From: Isurus oxyrinchus
Lineage: Eukaryota
Length of the DNA stretch: 64,000 nt
NCBI GenBank assembly: GCA_026770705.1
Contig: JANJGN010000163.1
Location: 248,001-312,000 of the forward strand
Direction of reading: 5' to 3'
This document shows positions 55,454 to 64,000 of this stretch, piece after piece. Under the pieces are notes generated by a model, which saw only the letters and a program-made list of their open reading frames with translations, was not told the DNA's origin and made no database searches. How positions within the stretch are numbered: position 1 is the stretch's first letter; each line of letters begins with the position of its first letter. Both the position numbers and the translations under genes were made by a program.

Positions 55454-56438
55454 TAACACGGGGACAGTGTTCAGTTCAAACTGTTTCATATCCCTTCTCA
55501 GTAATTCCATTCCCTCAAAGCGACAGGGAAATAATGTTCCATTCAAATCTCTTCTCAAAGTTCCCGCTGTATCTGCTTCCTGTAACCTCTTAATAACACA
55601 ATCAGTTAGAATTAAAAATCACCTGAATCTCCCCTGTCGGCCGTTTATGAATCCACATTAATCGGCGACCCCCGTTCCCTTAGATTATTGTCAAGGGGAA
55701 ACGCTTCAGTCCCAAATCTAACCATGGCCCTAATGTGGAACATATCTATCAGATCGGCACTCAGCTTGATCTGGCTGAATAATGGCTGTCCGTGTTTCCT
55801 CGCTGCTACTTATACTGTCGGGTAAGAGCAATAGCTTGTTATGGGACGTCAAAGTCAGTTCCCTGTGCAGAGAGCCTGAGCTGCCGAGTGGAGACATTAG
55901 ACCAACTCGAGAGGATTGGACAGGGTTTCCACATGAACTATCTCTCCACAGGCCACATGCGGCCAACTGGTTCCAATCTTTGCAACCAATCATCTGTAAC
56001 ACAATGCACATTGCCAGGCAGCCGGACCACCTGTATTGTTAACCCCACCCAGTGACCAGGCAGGAAAGAGTCATCTGCCTTGTTTGGAGGGACAATGGGG
56101 GAGGGGGTTTTCTCTGGACCTCCATGATATGCAGCCACTTCCACAGCCAAGCGAAAGGCGGGGCGACATTCAACAACCGAGGCAGGACCTTCCTAGGGCG
56201 CTTTGACTGGAACATTCCTTCCCAGTTAGGAACGGGCTATAATTGCTGGGCTGGGCCAGTGAAGGCCACATCCCGGGAACAAATAAGGAAACAAAAGCCC
56301 CTGAGTAAATTCCGGCCATGGATCCAATTTCCACATGGCAGTCAGAGCTGGATATTCATCCTTCTCACCTGGCCGGCTACGGAAGGGCCACCTGCTGTGC
56401 TTTGGTCAGCAAGGACCTGTCCTGTTGAGTGAGCTTCC

Positions 56439-56490
56439 AATGACATCACTTCCGCACGCAGCCATATCACGAGGCGCAGCGGCAGTATAA
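56439..56490 (+). promoter_or_regulatory. TRBV promoter (CRE-like decamer + ETS core + TATA-like), paralog upstream of V4
   Basis: AATGACATCA at 56439-56448, CACTTCC at 56447-56453, TATAA at 56486-56490. Confidence 0.7.
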
Positions 56491-56551
56491 CTCCAGTCTG
56501 TGAAAGCGGGCGAAGCTGCGAGTTTGAGAGAGCGTGTGAAAGTCCCGCATC

Positions 56552-57481
56552 ATGGGCTGGACAGTGAATCTCTCTCCACTGTTGCTGCTGCTGCTACCAG
56601 GTTACAATGAATATTTGTAAGGGGGAATGGGCTCCCTGTTGCTGAAGCGACAATTCATTCAGTTGGATCATTTGTAGAATTGGATATTGTTGAGCTCGGT
56701 GTTGCCAGTCATAGTGCGGAAGTTGCATTCTGCCAAAGTAACTGGGAACAATAGACGGGCGGGGAATATCTGCTGGACAAAGGGTTGAGGGAAAGGGGAT
56801 AGGACTACATACAAATGCAAAGGCCCTTGGCAGCCGAGCTGGGGAGGTGAGCAGCCTCACTGAGCAGGAAGAGTCCGTCTCACTGGAGAGTTAAAGTGTG
56901 TGGGGCGCGGCGAACGCGGCAGAGTTAGCGGTGTGGGGTATGGGAAGTTGCTGGGCAGGAGTATTGCACACAAATCTGCACCCAGGACAAGTATCTCCAG
57001 AGAGCGCCGCTACCACTGAGCTGGGGCGACACTGGGCACCCAGACATTATGGTTCTGTTTCTGGGTGAAGGGAGCTGAGCGACCGAGAGCTGCGCTGTGA
57101 GATTCGACAATAGCTTTCTCCACCTCCTGATGGTGCCAGTTCATTTCTGATCCGCTCTGTCTCTCACCTCCCTCCTCAGCCTCCTGCAGGAGCGCCCTGG
57201 TTTCCCAGTGGCCGAGCCGTCTGTCCGTTAGAGAGGGGGACACGGTGGAGATGGGCTGTTACCAGAACGATACCAGCGATAGCTCCATGTACTGGTATCG
57301 GCAGCACCCCGGAGCAGGGCTGCAGCTCATGGTCACCTCGGTTACCGGTTCGAAGCCTACCTATGAAGATGGTTTCAAGAAGAGGTTTAATGTCACCAGA
57401 CCCGACCGTAAGTTGTGCAGCCTGAAAATACTGAGCGTGGAGCTGACTGACACTGCGGTTTATTACTGCGCTGCGAGTGAA
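56552..57481 (+). CDS. TRBV: TRBV gene segment V4 (type B); leader exon 56552-56600, V exon 57180-57481
   Basis: Leader MGWTVNLSPLLLLLLP, donor GT at 56601, acceptor AG at 57178-57179. The V reads ..MGCYQNDTSDSSMYWYRQHPGAGLQLMVTSVTGSKPTYEDGFKKRFNVTRPDRKLCSLKILSVELTDTAVYYCAASE. LMVTSVTGSKPTYEDGF closely parallels TRBV20/29 LMATSNEGSKATYEQG / GSEATYESGF. Confidence 0.93.
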
Positions 57482-57520
57482 CACAGCGACTCAAACTGCT
57501 GCCGGGCTGGGTCTAAAACC
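57482..57520 (+). other. 23-RSS of V4 (CACAGCG-23-TCTAAAACC)
   Basis: Heptamer 57482-57488, spacer 57489-57511, nonamer 57512-57520. Confidence 0.9.
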
Positions 57521-57959
57521 TTTAAATTAACCCTTTAAAGCGCATCACTCACCAAACTCCAACTAAAGCACTCTAATGCAACCCAAAGCTGCACTCCTAC
57601 ACTGACCAGTGTCCTGTGTTCCAAAAGAAAACTTACGATCGCATTAAGCAATCCTTGCCAACACTGCCTGAGTGACAATTCAAAATTGACAGCATCGCTT
57701 CAATACTTTTCAACGCAGTAGAAATATCCTGGGGTGAATCGTGGACTCTTACAGGACAGAATATTCATTTTTTGCCATCGTGCCTCCAAGTAGCTGCTTG
57801 TCTTTCTGAGAGAAGATAGAAAATCAAAGGATCATCTTCCCTCTTCGCTGAACTACCACACTCACCAAACTCAAACTGATGCCCTCTAATGCAGCCTAAA
57901 GCCACATCCAGTATAGACCAGCAAGCACAGCAGAAATCTTGCTTTTGTGCTGACGGAAT

Positions 57960-58060
57960 CCAGCTTCTGAAAACCTGTTGATGCAGCTTATCGAATTAAC
58001 TATCTGCAGCTGCAAGCACAGCCTGTAGAACTGCTGTTTAAAACTGGGCTAAAACTCAAC
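57960..58060 (+). pseudogene. Highly degenerate type-B V 3' end/RSS remnant
   Basis: CTGAAAACCTG..CTGCAGCTGCAAG CACAGCC TGTAGAACTGCTG..CTGGGCTAAAAC parallels CTGAAAATACTG..CTGCGCTGCGAGTGAA CACAGCG ACTCAAACTGCTG..CTGGGTCTAAAAC of V4. Confidence 0.4.
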
Positions 58061-59194
58061 TACTCCCAACACAAAGAGCAAATTTTACTTCGTAGCTAAA
58101 TTCAAGAAATATTTTAGATTAAAAAAATAACCTCTAAATTAAACCTTAAAAGCCCTTCACTCACCAAACTCCAACTTAAGCACTCTAATGCAACCCAAAG
58201 CTGCACTCCTACACTGACCAGTGTCTTGTTTTCCAAAAGAAAACTTAGGATTGCATTAAGCAATCCTTGCCAACACTGCCTGAGTGACAATTCAAAATTG
58301 ACAGCATCGCTTCAATACTTTTCAACGCAGTAGAAATATCCTGGGGTGAATCGTGGACTCTTACAGGACAGAGTATTCATTTATTTCTATTGTGCCTCTT
58401 TGAATCGGCTCCATACTTCATTTCGCTACTTATTTCCTCAAAGCACCTCCGATAAATCTTGTTCCAAGACATTGACAAATATCTCCTCAAAGTTCCCATT
58501 CAATCTGCTTCCTGCATCATTTCAGACAATACAATCCAACTAATAATAGCTTCAATGAGATATAAGTACCATCCTTTTAATCTCCCCTGTTGTACGTTTG
58601 TGAATCACCTTTAGGGTTGTGCCCTCTGTTCCCCAAATACTATCAAAGTGACCTGCTTCCCCTTATTTACTCCATCCAAACCGGACATCATTGTGAACAG
58701 ACACATCCCGTCTATTCTAAGCATTCTCTGGCCAATGATGTCCGGCCCCTTTCCTTCACTGCTGCTGGGACTGGTCTATGAAGGAAATAACTGGGAACAG
58801 TGCTAATGGAGTCCTCCTGAGATGCCGAGTGGAGAAATGAGGGGAGTTCCAACAGGTTTAACAATCGCCTCAGGTGAGATATCTCTCCCTACGCTTCACA
58901 TAGGCAATCGGTACGAATCTTTATACACAGCCCCCATCAGATGCAATGTCCTGCACCTTGCCAGACAACGCCATGTACTTATCATTCTGCTATCCACAGA
59001 CAAGAAAAGGGTTGGTTGTTTGTCTCGGGTAAGAAACGGGCCAGTAAACACCTTGTGGGTGTTGCTGAAATGTTGTCGTCTCCACACCCCCAAACCCGAG
59101 AGGAGTGACAGCGGATTTGGAGCTGCAGTGTGTCTGTCTGAGAGCTGGGATGGAGCAGAAGGATTGACCCATGGTGGTTCATGATTCCAGCATC

Positions 59195-59994
59195 ATGCTG
59201 CACAGTGCTTTCCTGTACCTCATGTTTCTGCTGCTCCCAGGTTACTTTTCATCCTTTGTAGGCCAACCCTGGCCGCTCTAAACCTGCTTTTGGGGGAAAC
59301 TTCAATTCTTGGAGCATTAGAAGCTGCAGAAAGGCTTCGGTCAGTGAAGAGATTGAGCAGGTTCCTTACTGATTGAAGCAGTGAGTGGCTGTGGTCTGGA
59401 GAATACATTGCATGAGAGGCTGGGGAAGCAGCTGCAACTTGTGTCCCACACAAGGGACAGGGTAAATTTCCAAATGGGGTAATATTGCTCGGGCTGACGG
59501 TAAAGGGCACGGGAGTGGGGGTTTAATTGGAAATGGCCTCGCCAGAGATGGGCAGGCACGGTTCCCCAATCCAATTCTTCGGATTCTAGTGGTTTAAAAT
59601 GTACAGAACCGGCCCCATCACCAGAAATGTTGATGTTTGACCCTATGTGTCTGTGGTTTGTTTTTTAATGTAATAAAAGTGTTTCTCTGTAGCTGTCTGC
59701 AGGAGCGCTCTCATTACCCAGTGGCCCAAGAGATTGTCCGTGGGAAAAGGGGTGATGGTGGAGATGGGCTGTTACCAGAACGACAGCAGTGACAGCTCCA
59801 TGTCCTGGTACCGTCAGCACCCCGGAGCAGGGCTGCAGCTCATGGTCACCTCGGTGGGTACCTCAGAGCCCAGGCCTGAAGAGGGGTTCAAGGAGAGGTT
59901 TGAAGTGACGAGACACAACACCAAGTGGTGCAGCCTGAAAATACTGAGCGTGGAGCTGACTGACACTGCGGTTTATTACTGCGCTGCTGGTGAA
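59195..59994 (+). CDS. TRBV: TRBV gene segment V5 (type A); leader exon 59195-59240, V exon 59693-59994
   Basis: Leader MLHSAFLYLMFLLLP, donor GT at 59241, acceptor AG at 59691-59692. The V exon is open: ..MGCYQNDSSDSSMSWYRQHPGAG..DTAVYYCAAGE. Confidence 0.92.
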
Positions 59995-60033
59995 CACAGA
60001 GACTCAAACAGGTGTAGATCTTGTTCAAGAACA
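59995..60033 (+). other. 23-RSS of V5 (CACAGAG-23-TCAAGAACA; nonamer A5>G)
   Basis: Heptamer 59995-60001, spacer 60002-60024, nonamer 60025-60033. Confidence 0.88.
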
Positions 60034-60348
60034 TCCCCACTCTGTTCTTCTGGGAGCTAAAACCTCTGTAAACTCCAGTAAGTGGTGGTGCTGCAACCAC
60101 CTGGATATTGGTGACGATCTATGTGGTTTTTACTGCAACCTTCCCAGTGGATAAAATGTCCCAACGCCTCTCGGTCTGACCTGAATGACAAGTCCAAACC
60201 TACCTCCCACAGCAAATCCTTTCCATAATGAAGACCAATAAAAACAAAGAGGCTGGAATAAGCGGCGGATTATACAGGGCAGCCCCCTCCCCCCCGGCCT
60301 ATCGCACCTATTTGAAACTGTTCTGAGAGTTCATCTCATTCCAGCAGT

Positions 60349-60424
60349 GCCTAATCTGTGCTTTTCCAATGTTCCCACAGACACTGCGGCTTGTCCCTGC
60401 GCTGCTGGTGTTCACAGGGACTCG
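60349..60424 (+). pseudogene. Collapsed V-exon remnant, copy 3
   Basis: Same as 44090-44165: acceptor AG at 60379-60380, CACAGGG at 60413-60419. Confidence 0.65.
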
Positions 60425-60715
60425 GACATGAAACCAGGAGCCAGTCCTGATAGGGCTGTGAGCTGGTCAGCTCCAAATCTCCATGAAGAATCCATCATTA
60501 ACCGCTCTCTCTCCTTTACCAAATTACCTCACTGTGAAATGGTAAAATCCAGCTGGCCAATCAAAAATAATATTAACAAATCCAACCAGAATAATAATCA
60601 CCTTCCAAATGAGATATAAGCTGGCGCGTTAACACTTCAAATAAGAAGCGCAAGTCCTTTCGGGGAGGTTTGTGTGAAGCAAATCTTCATACACAGGCTG
60701 GAGGGAAACTAGCAA

Positions 60716-61060
60716 ACTCTCTCTCTCTCTCTACACCCCCCCACTCCCCCCACCCCCCACTCCCCCCTCCCGACTCACCCCACCCCCCCACCCCTCACTG
60801 CTCCCACTCCCTCCCCCCCTCCGTCCCCCCTCCACCTACTCCCCCCTTCCCCCCTCCCCCCACTCCCTCCCGCACTCACACCACCCCCATTCCCCCCACC
60901 TCCCCACTCCCCACACTAAATCCCCGGCCACTGCCCCCACACCCTCTCCCCTCCCTTCCCTTCCCCTCCCCCCAAACAAACCCCCCGGCCACTCCCCCCA
61001 CTCCCTCCCCCACTCCCCCCTCCCCACACTCCTCCCTCCCCACACTCCCCCTCCCCCCAA
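60716..61060. repeat. (CT)n plus C-rich low-complexity tract, copy 3 (not followed by Penelope)
   Basis: It has the same left flank (GGAAACTAGCAAACTCTCTCT..ACACCCCCC) as copies 1 and 2 but different right-hand content. Confidence 0.9.
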
Positions 61061-61422
61061 ACAAACTCCGTTCAGACTTGGGGAACATTCAAACATCAAT
61101 GATGTGACTGATTCAGTGTTTCAGGTGAGGATATGGGTGTGTGGGAAATGGTTTGTGGCCGTGTCGGGTCAACCCTCTGTCCAGCATCACCCGGTGTGGC
61201 TCAAGAGCCCAGACCCTGGCTTCTCCACCTCCGCTGCCGTTTGCGGACAATGAAGGCAGTGGGTGCGGAATGTGAACCATTCACTGTGGCCTCCGTCTCT
61301 CCTCAGTCCCCTCCACAGATGGAGGAACTTTCTGTTTCTGCACACAATGTGGAACCGAGAGGGCAGAGAGAGAGAAAGGAGGGATCCATGGGCGAGGGAC
61401 AAATCCACTGGGGAGAGATGGA

Positions 61423-61708
61423 CTAAGAGAACCCAAACAGTCCCATCCCCACAGGCCAGAGACAACCTGAGCTAAGAGAACCCAAACAGTCCCATCCCCA
61501 CAGGCCAGAGACAACCTGAGCTAAGAGAACCCAAACAGTCCCACCTCCACAGGCCAGAGACAACCTGAGCTAAGAGAACCCAAACAGTCCCACCTCCACA
61601 GGCCAGAGACAACCTGAGCTAAGAGAACCCAAACAGTCCCACCTCCACAGGCCAGAGACAACCTGAGCTAAGAGAACCCAAACAGTCCCACCTCCACAGG
61701 CCAGAGAC
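61423..61708. repeat. 49-bp minisatellite, about 5.8 copies
   Basis: The unit CTAAGAGAACCCAAACAGTCCCA(TC/CCT)CCACAGGCCAGAGACAACCTGAG starts at 61423, 61472, 61521, 61570, 61619 and 61668. Confidence 0.95.
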
Positions 61709-61711
61709 CAT

Positions 61712-63900
61712 CGTCCTGTTTGCAACGTCCACTCCCTCCAGCTTCAGGTCTGCCTTTGCAAGTGTCTTCGTAACAGAGGTGTGAATGGCCAAGATGTGGT
61801 GACCCAGTGGCCAACTGACTGTGCAGGAGGGGTGTTGAGTGTACAACCACCTCCCCATCCGGTGAACGTGGAGGGACTTGCCCAGGGTATCCATGGATTA
61901 GTAATGAGTGTGCGCTGATGGAAGTGGCTGACATGGTGACCTTGCCCCTGGTGAGAGATACTGAGGAGACGCCTGAGAGAGCCTGTCCTCCTGCCTAGCC
62001 CATGGTGCTCAGGTCTCACCGTGTAGATTGGAGCACGCCTGCCAATGCGGCTTTGACAAAGTTCTTGGTAAGGTTGATGTTACCTCACAATATCTTACAC
62101 TGTTTCATCACAGTCAGAGCTTGTGCAGTGTGTGTGCTGGTTTGGACATGAAGTGACAGATTGCTGGTGATTGTGGAGCCTAGGTATGAGGAGCTATCAA
62201 TGGTGGCATGGCAACTTCATAGGCCAGGACATGTTTCTTCCTGTTGCTGATAGACAAGCGGAATTAGTTACAGGTGTGAGCTGCTCTGCCTGTATCGCGC
62301 TGCTGCTGTTCCTCAGTATGGATTGTAAGTGCGGGATGTCAGCCGTGAGTAACTCACTGCTGAGGGCTTGGTGCCATGGATCTCAGAGCAACACATGTTT
62401 TCCCATCTGTTCTGATCGGTAAGTAGTTCCCCCATCTGTAGGTGACCTGTCAGCACATGACAGCAGCTAGAAAATGAACAGGTCAAACACTGCCGGAGCT
62501 GCTCACGGCTCTGCCTGTAACACTGTGGGTCTTAAAGGGTTCCAATGTCCAGTTGTCGCAGCTGAGTTTACCTAGTATGTTGCTGTGGGAAGAGAAGATC
62601 ACATCCAGAATATCTGGTGACAGCCAGTTCTCTCCAGCACCCTAGACAGACTGCCACTCATCACATGGGGCGAAAGGCTTCATGAGCTGCCTGACTGGAA
62701 TGTGTCGTGGTCTCCGTGGTCACGGCATTTCTCTTGCTGCTGCCTGACTCAGAGGTCATGTCAGCTGGAGGTCTTCCACTGAGGAAGTCACACTGGGATT
62801 CGAGGTAGATGTTCTCAGCCAAATCCTGCAGTCTGATGCCTTTCCTACCTTGCCCAGCAGGGTGACTCCTCTATCATTGTTAGAATTGCTGCCTGGTTCC
62901 TGTGCAACTTTGCAACACACAGATACCTGGGCAGCTGCCCGCTCGCTCCAGTCCACTTCATGCAGATGCTGCAGGAGAGCTAATGTCCTGTGCTTGATGA
63001 TTTCAAGGTGGTATATCATCAGCCCCTGGAGCTCTGCCCATAATTGCTGGTGATTCTACAGCTTTCAGAAACCCCTCCAATGCTCATTCGAATTTCACTC
63101 TGCCCATGACAGGCAGCACCTCTGCCAGATGCCTGGCGCTTCCTCGGTAACTGTCTTCTCCCTAGAGTACCACCCAATGTGACACCATCTCACCAGCAGC
63201 TTATTGCAGTCAGTGATGACCTCCCCCGCCTCTCTTTTGAATTGAGCAGCTTTCTTCACCGAGTGACCTGTTCCCTTTCTGATAGCAACATGTATGCCCC
63301 TTGCCATTCCCCGTGTGGTAGGACACCTGGGTGTTCTGGCTGAGTTGTAACCAGCAGTCATTCTGGTCAGATCTAGGCTGCACCGCCCTGACAGCCTCTT
63401 GGAACTTGTTTCTGGCGTCTCCCGGTGCATTCAGAGGTTTCTTGCTCGGGTCCCTCTGGGTCACTTGGCTTCAATGACAGGTTTCCCCGCAGTGTCCTCA
63501 GTTTTCACCAGTCAGCCGTTTCCTGCTCTAGCGCCCCATGTGTTGAGAGTGTGGATGGTGACTGGGGATCTATTCCATTTCACTTGGGCGCTCTGTGTGG
63601 GAACGCTGGAGAGAACCAGCTCACTCCAGTTGCAACACCGTGATTCTTGTTTTAAGAAATCTGGGTGGGCAGCTATGGTTGGCGGTGATATGAAGGGGTG
63701 TTTCTGCTTTGAATGAAAAAGCTAGCAGGGTAACATCCTCAATGTAGTACACACCATGCAGTGATGTGTAGCACATTCTGCACTGTGGCTTCTACGTCTG
63801 GTGAGAATAATGTTCAATAATCTTTCTAGCAGAACTGCTGAGAAGTTGCTGCTATCGGTGTACGCTATACAGACCTCTACATGCAGAGGATGAATGTCAG
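61712..63900 (-). mobile_element. Old decayed RTE-clade LINE
   Basis: Minus-strand peptides HVHRMG, LLHSQLATGS..LCYEDTCK, NNDRGVTLLGKVGK and GEVITDCNKLLVRW..YSREKTVTEEA correspond in order to the RTE ORF motifs HVHRM..LLYGELATG..LRYKDxCK, NNYRGISLLSIVGK and GEVITD..QMERW..YSRENxV. Many frameshifts; the right boundary is uncertain. Confidence 0.75.
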
Positions 63901-63904
63901 CTCT

Positions 63905-64000
63905 CAGGCACTCCTTCCTAGCTCCTCTGAACCATGACCCCACCACGGAGCATCAAGCCATTGCTTTCAGCACTGCTGCTGACTTTAGTTCCACTGGAGG
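63905..64000 (+). mobile_element. Diverged Penelope-like fragment running off the window end
   Basis: ACCATGACCCCACCACGGAGCATCAAGCCATTGCTTTCAG aligns to ACCATGACCCCACCACTGAACATCAAGCCATTGTTTCCAG at 44813-44852. Confidence 0.8.

Larger units (their letters stand above)
43541..60730 (+). repeat. Tandem segmental duplication of the V cassette (two units plus a partial third)
   Basis: 48316-50400 matches 55455-57540 at offset 7139. 50407-52975 matches 58158-60730 at offset about 7751. 43541-44470 matches about 52047-52976 at offset 8506. Non-coding sequence is nearly identical by eye. Confidence 0.95.

Noticed and set aside
43436-60033. NAR-TCR or IgNAR-like two-V arrangement (alternating V types, leaderless V1, extra Cys)
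   Set aside because: Both V types have their own leader and 23-RSS. No D or J segments were found between them, the sequences are TRBV20/29-like, and V1 is frameshifted.
61282-61349. Possible D segment bounded by CACTGTG and CACAATG
   Set aside because: There are no nonamers at proper spacing, the interval is too long, and the conserved TRBD core GGGACAGGGGGC is absent.

Overview
This is vertebrate genomic DNA, most likely from a shark or other cartilaginous fish judging by its repeat families. Bases 1-42269 are one uninterrupted satellite array with a 44-bp monomer (GGGATGTCAACCTGGAATTGACAATCTAATTAGATATCAGACTT). It has about 960 monomers, no net indel, dyad-rich internal structure and kb-scale block duplications, and it runs directly into a 5'-truncated shark-type SINE. 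About 1.2 kb from the array edge begins a cluster of T-cell receptor beta variable (TRBV, TRBV20/29-like) segments on the + strand. The cluster has one frameshifted chimeric pseudogene (V1) and four structurally intact leader-intron-V-23RSS genes of two subfamilies (type B: V3 and V4; type A: V2 and V5). It also holds three collapsed V remnants and one degenerate V 3' remnant. The cluster arose by recent 7-8.5 kb tandem duplications that carry decayed Penelope-like retroelements. The most notable signals are (i) CDR1/CDR2/HV4 patches exchanged between otherwise near-identical germline V paralogs, and (ii) a satellite whose monomer seems to include the 5' junction of the adjacent SINE and which abuts the V cluster. 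The window ends with a 49-bp minisatellite, a decayed RTE-clade LINE on the - strand and another Penelope fragment. No D, J or C segments were recognised.
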